A stretch of 63,735 nt of DNA, counting the filler, from Collodictyon triciliatum (lineage: Eukaryota): assembly GCA_043381765.1 (NCBI GenBank). It is 11 parts of 11 records of this genome, joined end to end, with 100 filler letters (N's around TTAATTAATTAA, not from the genome) between each part and the next. Parts side by side here need not be neighbours in the genome. Positions count along the whole stretch, not along the records: positions 11,624 to 17,334 come from JBHJMP010005004.1; positions 17,435 to 23,145 come from JBHJMP010005005.1; positions 23,246 to 28,951 come from JBHJMP010005006.1; 8 more parts are not named here. One strand, written 5' to 3'. Made by a program: the position numbers and the translations under genes. Positions 12,385-26,436 of the stretch are shown piece after piece. How positions within the stretch are numbered: the stretch's first letter is position 1; the number at the start of each line of letters is the position of its first letter. Below the pieces are notes generated by a model. The model made no database searches. It had not been told where the DNA came from and saw nothing but the letters and a program-made list of their open reading frames with translations.

Positions 12385-13500
12385 AACCACCTTCGCCTCT
12401 TGGACAAGAAATGAACTGTGGACGAGACAGTGGAAAACCCCGGATTTTGTGGTTGGAATTTTTGTGTTTTGAAACGAAAAAAGAAAATAGAAAGGAGAGA
12501 GTATTTGTCCTCACACACAGACTATTCTACCCGAGGTGAATCAGCTCCAACGCGGTTTCCGGTTGTATTCGAGACTGACAGAAGAGCGGATAAAGTTGTC
12601 GGGTCGATGAAAATATGCACATGGCTGTTACTTCTCAAATCGATTCCGACGAGTCCTTTCATCCGTCTATCTCAGACAAGGGCTTACATCCTATTTCATT
12701 CCACTGGATGAGTCTTTTGAGGGGACAACGGGTCACTTTCATTGCGTTTCTTGCTGGGCGACTCAGACAGACAAAAAGCGATACATCGTTGTTTGTCTGG
12801 TATTTTCGGAAGAGGCGCTTGACCGTCCCCTGGTTTCAGGAACCATGCGTAGCCGGCAGTGGACTTTGTTTAACAGGAGTATGGATACGCGTTTGTGGTT
12901 TTAGAAACATACGCTCCTGCTTGCTCGGACTGTCTTTAAAGTGTGAAGTTCCAAGCTTGGATTCGACTTTTGCTGTTTGCTTTTGCTCCTTGGTTCTTGG
13001 TGCGACGGGCTGGGGAAGGATAAACGGACTATCTTTGGTGGGCGCTGGTTCTTGTGTTGCTTTCGCTTTGGCGTATCCTTTCGGATAAGTAACGAAGACT
13101 GCCTTGATGCCTCCTGTGTTAACCATATTCACGTCAGTCTGAATGGGTAGTTTGAGGGGGGATTTCTTTCGGGGTTTGGAGATGCGCTGCTCTTGAGTCT
13201 TGCGATGCGCGGGCTTGTCCAGTGTTGGCGGTGGAGGGCTCGAGTGCGAGGATTCTGAAGAGGAACCGAATTTCCTTCCATGTCATCGTCGCTGTCGCTG
13301 TATGCGCGTATCTGCTGCGTGTCTTGTGGACTCTGATGTTGCCCGGCCTTGGCTTCCTTGCACGGGTCTTCCTTTGGACTTACGTGCAACTCGGGGGTTT
13401 TCCGCAACAGCGTTGGAACCAGAAGAATTGGCTGCAACTTGCAAAGTTTTCGATGTTCTCGTGGCTTATGTTTTCCATCCGTCTCGGCTCGTGTTTTCCA
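12385..13500 (-). mobile_element. Degenerate non-LTR retrotransposon (L1/Tx1-like) ORF1 region, internally deleted copy A
   Basis: Clear similarity to 14470-15350 (+) and 21065-22255 (-); frameshifts and stops present. Confidence 0.65.
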
Positions 13501-14469
13501 TCAGGCGCGGGCACGTTCGATATATTTTAATAAATAATATGTGCATACGCAATTCGTACTATATTTCTTTTTAACAAAGTTGCCTTTGAATTACCTTTTC
13601 CTTTCTAATATTATTACATACTATTTGTGCAATATGATGAAGATTTAGACTTTGGTAAATTACCTTTCCTTCCACAGTCCAATAATACAGTTGTGCCCTC
13701 GTTACGTAGAAGTGGCACGAGTCGGATTTAGCTACATTTCAGGTCGGAACAGGAACTGCATTAAGGATTCCCTCCTATGAAATCAGTAGGTAACGATAAT
13801 AATCTCATCACATACAAAGCTATAACAACCAATAACCCAGACCCCAACTTTATCCACGGCCAGATTTTTTTTTTTGAATTGTAAAAATTGTGCATGATGA
13901 TTAATTTATTAAAAATAATATAAAAATAACAAATCACTACGGTCTAGTATTTCTTTTGACATATAAAATTCTACAAATTCATTACCATTACAGTTCTTGA
14001 GGTAAAATTATTCACTAAAAATATATCAGCATCGTTGTAATTAACCTCCCTCCGATGCGAATTAATAGAATCTACTTTATATCTTTGAACACAAAAAAAA
14101 TAAACATTCTTGGTAAAACAAAACTAACTTAAAAATCAGTATCTCCCATAAATTATGCGATGTCATACTATTAATATATTCCTGCAGTTTTAATTTTTAT
14201 TCGTATTCAGCAAATTATCTTGCACACTATTGCTCAGATGTATGCGTGCTATTTCCTACCAGTTCACAACTATTTGTATTTATTAGCATAATTCTGATAG
14301 TTTCTCATCATTTCTACTCTATCCTCATCAAACTGCACACATCATCATCAATCCACATCGATTACCATATATTTGCATTCCATCCTATTTTTCCCGTCTA
14401 CCTTCTGAGTCGTGTTTCCGTGTCTCTTGCTTTCTTAATCATCCTATTTATCACTAATCCGCCGTTCCT

Positions 14470-15350
14470 ACCTGAATGGAGAACACAAGCCGCGACCCGT
14501 CGAAGGCTTTGAAAGTTGCAGCCAGTCCTTCTGGTTCCAACGCTGGCGCAGAAAACTCCGATTTGCACGCAAGCCCAGGAAGACCTGTGCAAGGAAGCCG
14601 CCTACAAGTCTGTCTGAGCGAAGAGTATTATTGGACGGGGTCAATCAAGTCGCATACAACAAGAATAGGGCCCGCAGATTCACAGATGCGCCCGCCTCCT
14701 CCTTGAAAGCGAACAAACTTTGGGAAGAGTCCATCCAATTGCGCTTACCGGACAGCGAAGGCCTTTGACTCATTACCTTCCAAACTGCAGAAAACGCCCG
14801 AAAGCTTCTGGAACTGGAGCAGGTAATTTTGAGTGATATCATAAGCAGCTTCAGCAGATGTAAACCAACAGAGACCCCTGTGATGATCTACCAACTACCG
14901 CTGGACGTGTGGCCGCAACTCCTTTGTGAGGAGCTGAAGCCGTTCAGACCGACCCACGTGGGCATCAAAAAGGAAAAAGGCTTTTTCACAGACACGGCGG
15001 TGGTGAAGCTTCTTTGTCACAAGAACCAGTTCCCTGCAAAGTTTACAGTCATGGGTAAAAAGTATTCAAAGCATCCTCAAAGAGCGTCCGCCAGCCGCGA
15101 ACAACGAACGACAAGTAAAAGCCCCGTAAAAGAATACACCTGCCAAGCAGACAAGCAGCAACGGGGTCAAGGAAGCCAAGGCCAGGCAACAACAGTGTCC
15201 GCAAGACTCACAGCAGATACGCACACACAGAGACAGCGACGATGACATGGAAGGAAATCTCGGTTCCTCTTCAGAATCCTCGCACTTGAGCCATCCATCG
15301 CCAACACCGCCAATAATGACAAGCCTGCACATATGCAATTCTGCCACCTC
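14470..15350 (+). mobile_element. Degenerate LINE ORF1-like copy B (RRM-like ORF1)
   Basis: LITFQTAENARKLLELEQV..VMIYQLPLDVWPQLLCEELKPF..FTDTAVVKL..FPAKFTVMGK resembles L1/Tx1 ORF1; broken frames; dispersed multicopy. Confidence 0.65.
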
Positions 15351-17334
15351 GAACGGAATCAAAAATCGCGTTGCAATTCGTCACTCGTATAATGGTCTGT
15401 ATGTGTGAAAGAATCACCTTTTTTTTTTTTTTTTTAACAATTTTGGACTTTTTCTCTACTGACATCCAAAAAATAAACCAATGTGAAATTATATTGAGAA
15501 TATACTCTTTTTCTCTTCAACTCACACTTCTAGATGGGTGACTTTGGATAAATTTTTTATACTTTTCAAGCAGTTTGATGAAATTTTTTTCTTTATTTAT
15601 GTAGGTTTAACAAAAATCCATACGTGGGTGTCATGTAACCGTCAGAATGTGAAGTATTCGATGTCACAAAGCGGCTATTAAGTTTTCTGTGCAGGACATC
15701 GAAGGCAAATAACATAAGATACATTGTGGTTGCTGCACTCTTTGCATTTCGACAACATACACCGTATTTTCAAGTTAAAAATATAAGCCTAAGAATACGA
15801 TGATTCATACGCGTGATTCCTATTTACTTCATATATTTTGTGCTCTATTCAAAAGATTACCATATGGATGAAGCAATAACAGAAATGCCGAAAAAGGGAC
15901 CAGTTTGGGTGCATTCCGGGGGTGTGTCGATGTTTCGATTCTTGGAAGGAAAGGCATGGTCATCAAGTAAGAAAGCAGGGCTCTATTAACATGAAAAGCA
16001 CATGATGAAAGTATGCAAAATCTGTCAGTACTATGGCCATTCGGTATGGAACTTATGCATTTGAGTCAAATAAGAGGATTTTAATACATAAATGAATGCA
16101 TGCTAAATAGGCCCACGATATAACGACAAAGACTCAAATTTAACATCATTCACTGAACGATTTCAATATATAACTCTATTTTAAATATTATTTTGATTTA
16201 TTAATTAAATCTCTTTATTTTGCACTCGAATAATACGATATTTTACCTATCCTTATGAATATCCAAAAATCTATGAACAGTCTGATTTTTTAACCGCGTT
16301 ATCGATACATAGTTGGCGAGAATCTCTATTCGGATACCAATATATACATGGCTGGCAGGTTGTGCGTATCGCACAGCTTAAAAAATTTTAATTCGTGATA
16401 TAATTGGATTTGTGTCACTATTTAACTGAATCCGATATCTAAACACCGATTAGATAATGTAAAAGCAAGCATGTGTTCTTATTTAAACTCGATAGCTCTT
16501 GATAATAACCGCCTTTCCATTTATGTATCGCGAATCATCATACTGCATATCATATCATTTGTATAATCTATGTTCTATTCATGCAGCACGTCTTATTTTT
16601 ATGAAACGCTCCGCTCTATCGTTTTGTATTCAATATTTAATCATCTCACAAGCGCTGAATCAATTATAATATTTAAATGCTTGGCTAATACATTATTACC
16701 AATATTTATAGACCTTCTCTTCTATATACTGGTTGGATAATCGAAAAGGACGTAGGATTTTTTTCGACTGCATGTACAATAATCACTGTAGGTTTTCATA
16801 GTTGGCATTTAAAGCTCAAGACATATTACGTACTTTGTAAACGTTTGTGCAGAAAAGATGACACATATATGTAGAGCATAACCTGAAGAATTTTTTTTTT
16901 AAAAAAAAGATGATGTTAACGAATCTATTCAATTGATATTCATGTTTCGACTAAATTTTATCAACTTAGAGAGCACATCCTTTTGGATTATCCAAAAAAA
17001 TATTTACAGCGAATTACGCATACATTACATCTACCATCAAACTTGATTTGTATTCGATGCCGCATTGCATCCAAAATAATTAAATTACAATTCACTCACA
17101 GCTATCCACTACCACCCAAAGCATCGGACGATGGCCAGACGAAACCAAATTATGAAACGTGTTTTAAAAAATACGAAATTGTTTCATTCTCGTTATTATA
17201 TTAATAATGTAGTATTTTTGATAGTATGTCTTTTCCATCGATTAATTATAAACCACTGTTTTTTTAGTGTCAGTTTGCGGTCGTACATTCTTCCCTCTGA
17301 ATGATAACACAAGGTCTAATGTCCCATCCATAGC

Positions 17335-17434
17335 NNNNNNNNNNNNNNNNNNNNNNNNNNNNNNNNNNNNNNNNNNNNTTAATTAATTAANNNNNNNNNN
17401 NNNNNNNNNNNNNNNNNNNNNNNNNNNNNNNNNN
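17335..17434. other. Artificial contig linker
   Basis: N44-TTAATTAATTAA-N44. Confidence 0.99.
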
Positions 17435-17478
17435 AGAAAAAAAAGAAAAGAAAAAAAAGAAAAGAAAAAAAAGAAAAG

Positions 17479-17572
<94 letters not shown>

Positions 17573-17617
17573 AAAGAAAAAAAAAGAAAAGAAAAAAAGA
17601 AAAGAAAAGAAAACAAG

Positions 17618-19085
17618 GTCGATAAAAACCACAGCTGGGAGTCTCCATGCATTCTTTTTCTCCGTCACAAAGATGTAACCAACTAAAGGGTTTATTACCC
17701 TATCAATCACAATAGTTTGGAGAGGAACGCTCAAAAATATTTACAGTTGAAGAAGGACAAAAAATGGATTTCTCACAATATGAGGCGGTGTGAGTTAGAG
17801 TCATCCATGCATATATTTGGCCCTTAAACGTGATGTTTCCTCAAAATATTGTGTACCACTTGGTCTTCTATCACGAAATCTACACACCTTTCCACCGAGG
17901 AAATATTAACGACTCATCGTCTTTTAATAGTTCTCTTGATAATAAACCCGTGAGTCTTTTGGATGTGACCGAAAGAAAAGCATCCCTTGTTACAATCGCT
18001 TTTCGAAAATTCTCTGAGGTATGACTAGTATTTCCGTATGTAAGCTGCCTTCAGGTTCCTCGAAATATCATACCCGTTATGTTTATCACTTTCTTAATGT
18101 ACTGGGTGCTCACTTTAAATTTATGTGCACTCTATCGAATCCCAACTCTAAATTATATCTAAAGAATCCAGAAACATATTTTGTCTGTATAAAATTCAAC
18201 GAGTGATAATAGAATAAATCAATTAAAAACAACGATGACATACTTCTCAATCACAATCGGTCTTAGGCCTCTATTAATTCTTGGGTAAACGAATACAAAA
18301 ATGAGTTCTACGACCCTTCTTTATTTAAAGTTGTTCAGGTAATTTCTTCATCACTTACTGAAATCTTTTGGAGATGAAGTAATCCAATAATATCACGACT
18401 ATTGATATATTTTGTTTCTTCTATTTTACTTTACTACAGTAGCATCAAATATGTTCAGGCGTACCTATACAAAACACTAGATTTCAGTGGTAGACCATTG
18501 GTTTTGGACGAAGCTCAAATATACCTTACTATCTTCGATGAAAAAGTCTATTCCAGGCAATAGCCAATATTTTCTGAAACTGCCTTGGGAATACATCGCC
18601 AATTCCTAAACGATATTTTAATTACCTCGAATCATAGAAAATGAAAGAAATAGTTATGTATGTATTTTTGGGGATGAGAATGCACTCAAGGTTCAAAATG
18701 AGCTGAAAATCACCAATCGGCTTCAGGGTTATTCTTTAGTTTTCTTTGATTATATACTACTTGTGTTAAAAAAAAAACGTACCGAAATCATTCTGAACTG
18801 ATCACATATGATTTAAAAGATTTTTCTAATATTTTTATTTGATGTTTTAAGGTAGGAATCAATGTATTTGATGATGATTAAATGTTTATTTAGTATTTCA
18901 TTCGTAGGACATGTATACCTGGTTGATTATGAGGGTAGAATACGTTGGAAAGGAGTAGGCAACGCCTTTCCCGAAGGAATTGAGGATATGAGAAAGGTGA
19001 ATGATTAAAGCACATTGCGAAGAACTAGAAAGTTAATACACGCGCCCTTATTTCTTAATCTGCCTTACAGCAATTCGTTTTGTAG
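17618..19085 (+). CDS. ATP10: Mitochondrial ATP synthase assembly factor ATP10 (5'-partial, multi-exon)
   Basis: KASLVTIAFRKFSE|ASINSW..|ISVVDHWFW..MKKSIP|..LKITNRLQG|HVYLVDYEGRIRWKGVGNA matches the ATP10 N..GYvyLvD...IRW...G.A signature. Confidence 0.85.
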
Positions 19086-19091
19086 CAACGT

Positions 19092-19183
19092 AAAATCTAT
19101 TCTGAGATTTTTTTTCCTTTATTCGATTCAAAGTGTAGCGAGGTTATGCCATACAAAGGGGCGGGAAAAATCTATTCTGAGAT
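19092..19183 (-). mobile_element. 5'-truncated LINE 3'-end stub with 17-bp TSD
   Basis: AAAATCTATTCTGAGAT direct repeats (19092-19108, 19167-19183) flank the reverse complement of GCCCCTTTGTATGGCATAACCTCGCTACACTTTGAATCGAATAAAGGA(n); the core matches 20611-20650. Confidence 0.9.
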
Positions 19184-19749
19184 AAATATCAGAATGATGT
19201 ACATTCTCTCCTGCGATTCAATATTCACGTAGTTTTTTTTTAATACTTAAAACAGGTCGCATTAAAACTATCAAGAAAAGTGAAAAAAGAAAACGAAAAA
19301 GCCCCAAACCAGGCAATAGCGGGTATTTCGAAGAAGGATATCGAAAGTACAGAACCACAAGGAAACAAGAACGAAGCGCATGAGACAAACAACGAATGAA
19401 TATTTTAGCTATCACAGAATATTCATTATAATACATATGATTTCCCCAGATCAACAATAAACTCCATCGCAAAAGAACCATAGCAATTCAAATATTTTTT
19501 CCACCTAGACTTATCAGTGGAGTATAACCCACACCTAAAGGCATATGTAGTAACGAAGGCCAAACAGTGTTGATTTTAGCCAAATCCTCGAGTTTATTTT
19601 TAGAAATCTGGGTGCGTATTTAGTCCTGGAAAGACACTCAATCCGCGGCAAACTGGGGATGGGTCCTCCGTTATTTGGCTTTGGTTGCTGTGTGTAGTTG
19701 TGTTTGTGGTGTTGGGGCAATCAATATAACACTAAGACTTCTCCACTCG

Positions 19750-20657
19750 TCATTTCCCTTTCGCCTGAAGAACCAAAGGCGGTCCATTACGCCTGATTCT
19801 CTGCAATTCCCGATGTCCATACCATATTCCAAGCTGTTTCGATAAAAAATAATCAGTCTGAATCCCTACAAACCGGAGAAGATGAGTCGTTGGGCCGAAA
19901 CTATAGGCATTATAGACCTACCGATAGTCAAAAGCTGGAAGCAAGTCCGTATACCTCAACTATTCCCGAAACACCGCGCCCTACTTCTCAATATCTCCAA
20001 CAGAGAGCTGTGGATAGGTGCGCGTGTAGTTCATGCAGCAACGACCTCTCCAGAATGCACCATGTGCCATAGTGGAGATGACTATCGAACACACATTTGT
20101 GAAGTGCTCTCTTGCTCAAAAAGTGACATAATCTAACCCACAAGATGCTCCCTGAGGTTGATTATGCTCCCAACCGACTCAGCGCGTCTGACATCCTGTT
20201 TGGCCGACAATACCAAATGACCCACGACTCTAAAATACTCTGGACAGTCACAAGGGGACATATGCTGTGGTCCTTATGGAGTGTGCGCACTTCTCTCGCT
20301 CTAATGATTCGAACGAACGAGAAATCAATGTATCCAGGCTGGAAAGCCTCGTGCAATAAAGCTTCCTGAACAGCCTGCTGAAACACGCTCGCATTCTTCG
20401 CTACTCTGACCGCAAGCGAAGAGAAATGTGCAAATGTGTTGTGTGATATCTCCCACAGCATATCCAACCCCTGCTACCCACGCAACCAATCAACCAGTTG
20501 GGTCGCCCACCTGACCAACTCGCTATCATTGATTTCTTTCCAGTGGTTGCATCTTCACAGTAACGTCTTCTCTTACTCACGTTTGCTCTCTACCATGCGC
20601 ACCTATCTCGCCCCTTTGTATGGCATAACCTCGCTACACTTTGAATCGAAAAAAAAG
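19750..20657 (+). mobile_element. 3' portion of an L1/Tx1-like LINE ORF2 (zf-RVT C-terminal domain) plus 3'UTR and A-tail, degenerate
   Basis: W..V..P..FPKHRALL..ISNRELW..CTMCH..(ET)IEHTF..C and LWSLWSVR motifs across frameshifts; ends CTTTGAATCGAAAAAAAA. Confidence 0.75.
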
Positions 20658-21064
20658 ATTTATTTTAAGGAATTCATGAGCTAAGTGCAAGTGGCTAAGG
20701 TGTTCTTATAAGATGAAACGTAGGACATACGGGTTTTACCAGGAATGGAAGTCACATAAGGCGGTACATAAGTCTGAAGAGAGAATGATAAACGAAAGAA
20801 ACGTATTCCCCTTACTTAGTTCTAAGATAAGCGAAGGCCAAGGTTACGAAGCAAGACACACAGAAATATGATACGGAAAGACGGAGAATGGTGCTATGGA
20901 GTGCAAATAGGGGCGGAATGAGACGGGTCGATGTGCGCAATATGATTACATCACAAATATAAATTACAAATCACTATATATTATAAAAAGTGAAGATATT
21001 GAATTATATGGCGCTGATGGACGATTCATTCACATTTTTGCGATATTTTTAATCGAGAGAAAAC

Positions 21065-22255
21065 AAAGCCGAGGAAACTGCCTTCGCTTCTAGGACTAAA
21101 AATGAGCTGCGGACAAGACGATGGAAAACGGCGAATTGTGTGATTGTAGTTTTTGTGTTTTGGGTGGAAGGAAGAGGAAGGAAAGAAAAAAAAAGGATAG
21201 AAAGGAGAGAAAGTGTAATAACACGTATACTATTCTACCCGAGGTGATTCAACGCCAACGCGATTTCTGGTTGTATTCGAGACTGATAAAAGAGCGGATG
21301 AAGTTGTCGGGTCGATGAAAGTACGCACATGACAGTTACTTCAAAAATCGATTCCGACGAGTCCTTTCAACCATCTATGCCAGACAAGATTTACATCCTA
21401 TTTCATTCCACAGGACGAGTCTTTTGAGGGGACAACAGGACGCTTTCCTTGCGTTTCTTGCTGGGCGACTCTGACAAAAAGCGATACATCGTTGTTTGTC
21501 TGGAATTCACGGAAGTGGCGCTTGACCGTCCCCTGGTTTCGGAACCATGCATGGCCGGCAGTGGACTTTGCTTAACCGGAGTATGGCTACGCGTTTGTGG
21601 TTTTAGAAACATACGCTCCTGTTTGCTTGGACTGTCTTTAGTATGTGAAGTTTCCAGGTTGGATACGACTTGTGGTGTTTGTTCTTGCCCTTGGTTCTCG
21701 GTGCGACGGGCTGGGGCAGGTAAACGGACATATTTGGTGGGTGCTGATTCTTGTGTTGCCTACGCCATAGTATACTTTCGGATAAGTAACGAAGACTGCC
21801 ATGATGCCTCCTATGTTAACCATATTCACGTCAGTCTGAATGGGTAGTTTAAGGGAGGATTTTTTTCGGGGTTTGGATATGCGCTACTCTTGGGTCTTGC
21901 GATGTGCGGGCTTGTCCGGTGGTGGCGGTGGAGGGCTCGAGTGCGAGGATTCTGAAGAGGAACCGAGATTTCCTTCCATGTCATCGTCGCTGTCGCTGCC
22001 TGCGTGTATCTGCTGTGAGTCTTGCGGGCTCAGTTGTTGCCTGGCCTTGGCTTCCTTGACCCCGTTGCTGCTTGTCTGCTTGATGGGTGTATTCTTTTGC
22101 GGAGCTTTTACTTGTCGTTTGTTATTTGCGGCTGGTGGACGCTCTTTGAGGATGCGCTTTGGATACTTCTTACCCATGACTGTAAACTTTGCAGGGAGCT
22201 GGTTCTTTTGACAAAGAAGCTTCGCCACGGCCGTGTCTGCGAAGAAGCCTTTGTC
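21065..22255 (-). mobile_element. Degenerate LINE ORF1-like copy C
   Basis: Colinear with 12385-13355 and with the reverse complement of 14980-15330. Confidence 0.7.
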
Positions 22256-23145
22256 TTTTATCTCTTTATTTTTGTGATGGACACTTCTTTTTTTCTTTTT
22301 TTGGAACGGAATATCATTTCGTCGTATTAGATGTTTGCCGTTGGAATGCTTATTCTCTTGTTTTCAAACCTTTTATTTTTTTCGAACGACGATATGCATA
22401 GGTGGTCTCTGTGACTCTTATTTTAGAACAATGATTATATGGTCATGTCCACTCACAACAATACTGCAACGATGCAATCAAGACGTAGTTTGGTGCAGTG
22501 ACATCTCGCGGATTCTTTATTCAATCACACAAAATGCCAAAGTGATAAGAAATGAAAACATCCACTTTATGTTGCGTGGCTAATAAATTGAATTGAATTA
22601 CAGTAAAAATAAACAATAACATGCGTTTAATGTTGAATTATAAATGCATCTTCATGCAAAAAACAATTCAAAATTAATATTTATCAAAATCTGACTAAAT
22701 GAGGCGAGAAATATATTATTTTCCAGAAATACAAACTATTTATTCAAAGAATATATCCATTACTGGAATTATCATTCTGACCGTTGTGCGATGGGTTTAT
22801 CGAATGAATCAACTCGAACGATGAATCATAGCGGCGAAGCAAAGCATAATAAAAAAGCTGGGAAGAGAACTGGCTCACTGCGGTTCACTGAGTAAACGAG
22901 AATCACGAAAGCAGCACATAATCAAACAATGCAGACAAAGTTCGAAGAATTATCACGTTGCAGAATATACTTTCGTGCTGAGCAGTGGGCGTTTAGACCT
23001 GATTCAACGAGGCACACGGCCTTTTTTTTTTTTTTTTTTGGTTGTGTGGGTTATTAACCGCTTCTTAGTCGGAATGCACACGTTATAAGGATAAAACAGA
23101 AATCGATAAGGTCGATATAGTATTAATGAAGATGAATTTTTTTTA

Positions 23146-23245
23146 NNNNNNNNNNNNNNNNNNNNNNNNNNNNNNNNNNNNNNNNNNNNTTAATTAATTA
23201 ANNNNNNNNNNNNNNNNNNNNNNNNNNNNNNNNNNNNNNNNNNNN
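23146..23245. other. Artificial contig linker
   Basis: N44-TTAATTAATTAA-N44. Confidence 0.99.
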
Positions 23246-23269
23246 AGAGCTGAAGAGAAGAGTATACAG

Positions 23270-23309
<40 letters not shown>

Positions 23310-23431
23310 CAAACAAAGTATTGCGATAAGAGAGGCAAAAACAAAAAGCAAAACAGGAGCGACTGCGAAAGGAATAGAAAAAGAAATCAGTCACTCTTTT
23401 GACCAGATAATAATCATAACACAGGAACAAA

Positions 23432-25598
23432 ATGGACGGCTCTGCTAGAGAGGGAAGTGTTCCGCTATTGTCAGGATCTTCCACTTACTATTCGGGTGGT
23501 CGATCTTTCCTTATCAGCGGAGATCAAGTGCCGTAAGTTGATCTTCTACTACCTTACTCTTCCATATACTCTTATCATTTCTCTATTTGTTCGTTAAAAT
23601 ATATTCACTATATGCTACCAAACATTCTTCATTCACCTGGATATTACATATGTACAAATACCGTGGCAAATCCACTCTTTTTTTTTTCTATCTTGCATTT
23701 TATGGCTTCCAATACGAGCTCTATAATACTATCATAATTATATAACTGTATTTCCTAACAGCCCTATTATTGTTAGTTTATCTGAAAACACACCATACGC
23801 TCGCTTCGATAATGACCCAAATATCAGAAACCAAGTAGAACACATCATCATCATTAATATTTACTGCTTTTAATTAGTATGTACTAGTCATTTTATTCAA
23901 AATATCTTAACATGTCTTTTCTTGTATAGAATCGCCCCGCTCCTATGAATCCGTCACAGTCATTCTTCCTCCGCCAACAACCGGTGAGTCGATTTTCTCT
24001 TTTCCTAGATGATTTTCTATTCAGGGAGTTGCCTTTCTGTATATATACATACACTCTTATCAATTTATCCTTTGATTCAATTTATTTTTTCTATTTACAG
24101 ATAATAATATAATTAATAATAATGATAAATAGGAACTGCAAATTCAAATCATAAGATCCTTTTTATTTTTCTTTAGCAGTCTAAAGGAGATAGTATACGT
24201 GAATCATTGGAGTTCAACCAAGACTATGAATCAGACGTGCGCATGGCATCAGCAAGAAGTAGACTCATAACCCTGGATACATTTTTAATCATTAGTTAAC
24301 TTCTTTATTCATTTATTTTTCTTTGATAAAAACTGGAGTCACCTTACATCCAATCGTGGGGTAACACTTTTTTCTCTTGTAAATGCGTTTAAATTATGTT
24401 CGATTCTGCTAGCCAATGACCCTGCCGCAAGATATGATTACAATGGCCCACAATTCGGCCAGTCGGCTCCATCTCAACCGTAATTATGCTTTAAGATAAA
24501 AAAATCCACTGGCAGTATCCACATTATTGAATCAATATATATATCATATGGCATATAAATTATTCACTTCAAAATGAAAACTAACATATCATTTTTTACA
24601 ATCATCAGAAATGATGGACATATGCAACACAGCGCGTATTTCATCAACACTCTGACGTTAATCCATCTTGTTGTTTTTGGATTTGAGGTTTGCATATATC
24701 AACATCACCACATTTCCATTCATCAAAACAACCACATTCTTTTTTTTCTTCATCCAATATTATCATCACACGGCATGATAATTGAAGCAAGTCCTTTAGC
24801 ATGTTTCATCGCCATCATTTCTCTTTTCCGTTCCTCATTTGTTTCCTTTTTTTTTCTTCCCGCACAAAGATCTATTACAATGGCGGATTCGAAAGCATTA
24901 AGCTCAACCCCTTGCTCGGGCCGTCTGCAGACACCCTTCTCGACCTCGGAGCCAAATACGGCCCGTACATGCGCTCTCCCAATCAAGACTACTTTCGCTT
25001 TGTCGCTCCGATATTTTTGCACGGAGGTGTCGTTCACATCCTGATGAACTTCAGCTTTCAGATCCGCATAGCCCGGCAGATTGAGCAGGAATATGGAACC
25101 TGGCGCGTAATCATCATCTACTTTGTGGCCGGGGTCGGGGGCAACCTTGCAAGCTGCCTGTTTGTTCCGAACCAAGTGCAAGTCGGGGCGTCTGGCTCTC
25201 TCTACGGGATGATGGGATGCCTGATTGTTGATCTGGTTCACAATTGGGATTTCTTGATCAAACACAAGGTCAACCCTTGGTGGGAGCTGTTCAAGCTTCA
25301 GCTCCAGATTATCATCTCGCTGTCCATTGGGCTCTTGCCCATCATCGACAACTTTGCACATGTGGGCGGGTTCATCTTTGGAAGCCTGGCTGGTCTTATT
25401 CTTTTACCCACGGTCAACAAGGAAGGGCGGAAGTGTTGTGGAATCTTTAGAAGCTTTCTTCTGGCCGTGCTACTGATTGGGCTGCTCCTTATCGGATTCT
25501 ACATATTCTTTTCAGGCTTCGATAGTGATGAATGGTGCAGTTTCTGTCAGGAGATTAACTGCCTGGATGCGTTCTTTGATTGCTCCAGCTTCGAATAG
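23432..25598 (+). CDS. Rhomboid intramembrane serine protease (multi-exon, last exon 24870-25598)
   Basis: NPLLGPS, FLHGGVVHILMN, catalytic GASG, DNFAHVGGF (catalytic His), Cys-rich tail; upstream short exons have GT-AG boundaries. Confidence 0.92.
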
Positions 25599-25980
25599 AG
25601 TCAACCAGCGTGGGTGGACTTTGGGTGGTGTTGCTTCCAAAGCTTGGAGAGTGTGAAGGAGGAGCGAATAATGATTCAGAATCACACACTCAAGACTACA
25701 ATACAATAATATCAAAAAATAAAGAGAAAAAGAAAAGAACAAAGCGAACAAAAGAAAAATCGTGCCTTAAGTCACACTTGCACATAGAGGGATTTTATTC
25801 TGTACTAACAAGAGTACCCGTGCTTCGCAACGGGAATGAGATGAGAAAAAGTAAATAGAAAAAGAAAAAGAAAGAAATGGATGAATGAATCAAAGCAACT
25901 AATACCGGGCATTATAATCATAATTATCTCGCTACCCGTGGGTCGATGGCTTGGGCTCGCTCCGTCTTTTTTTATTCCCC

Positions 25981-26065
<85 letters not shown>

Positions 26066-26436
26066 GTTTCGAAGAGCTCGCTCCATCTTATTAGTAGTTT
26101 GTTGACTCACGGGTCGGTGGCAGCTGGTGTCCTGATCGTTGGTGTGTCTCAGTGCATAATCTGCGGTGTAAAGGATGTGATCGAGTGACCTTTTCGCTCT
26201 CTGCGTTGGCTGCGTCGGCCTTCTCAGTTTTCGTACGATCAGTAGGCGTTCCACGGGCGGGGTTGTGGCGCCAGTCTCGTCCTTCTCGGGATTCCTCTTT
26301 CCGATCGCTTGCGTGTTTTTCTTCTGGCTTCGGGATGTGGTGGGTTTGGAGAAGAAGAAAAGGAGGCCAGTGTAATAATATTATTTTCCAGAGAATGTGT
26401 CTTTGTCTCCCTCAGTGCGTTTATTATTTCTCAGCA

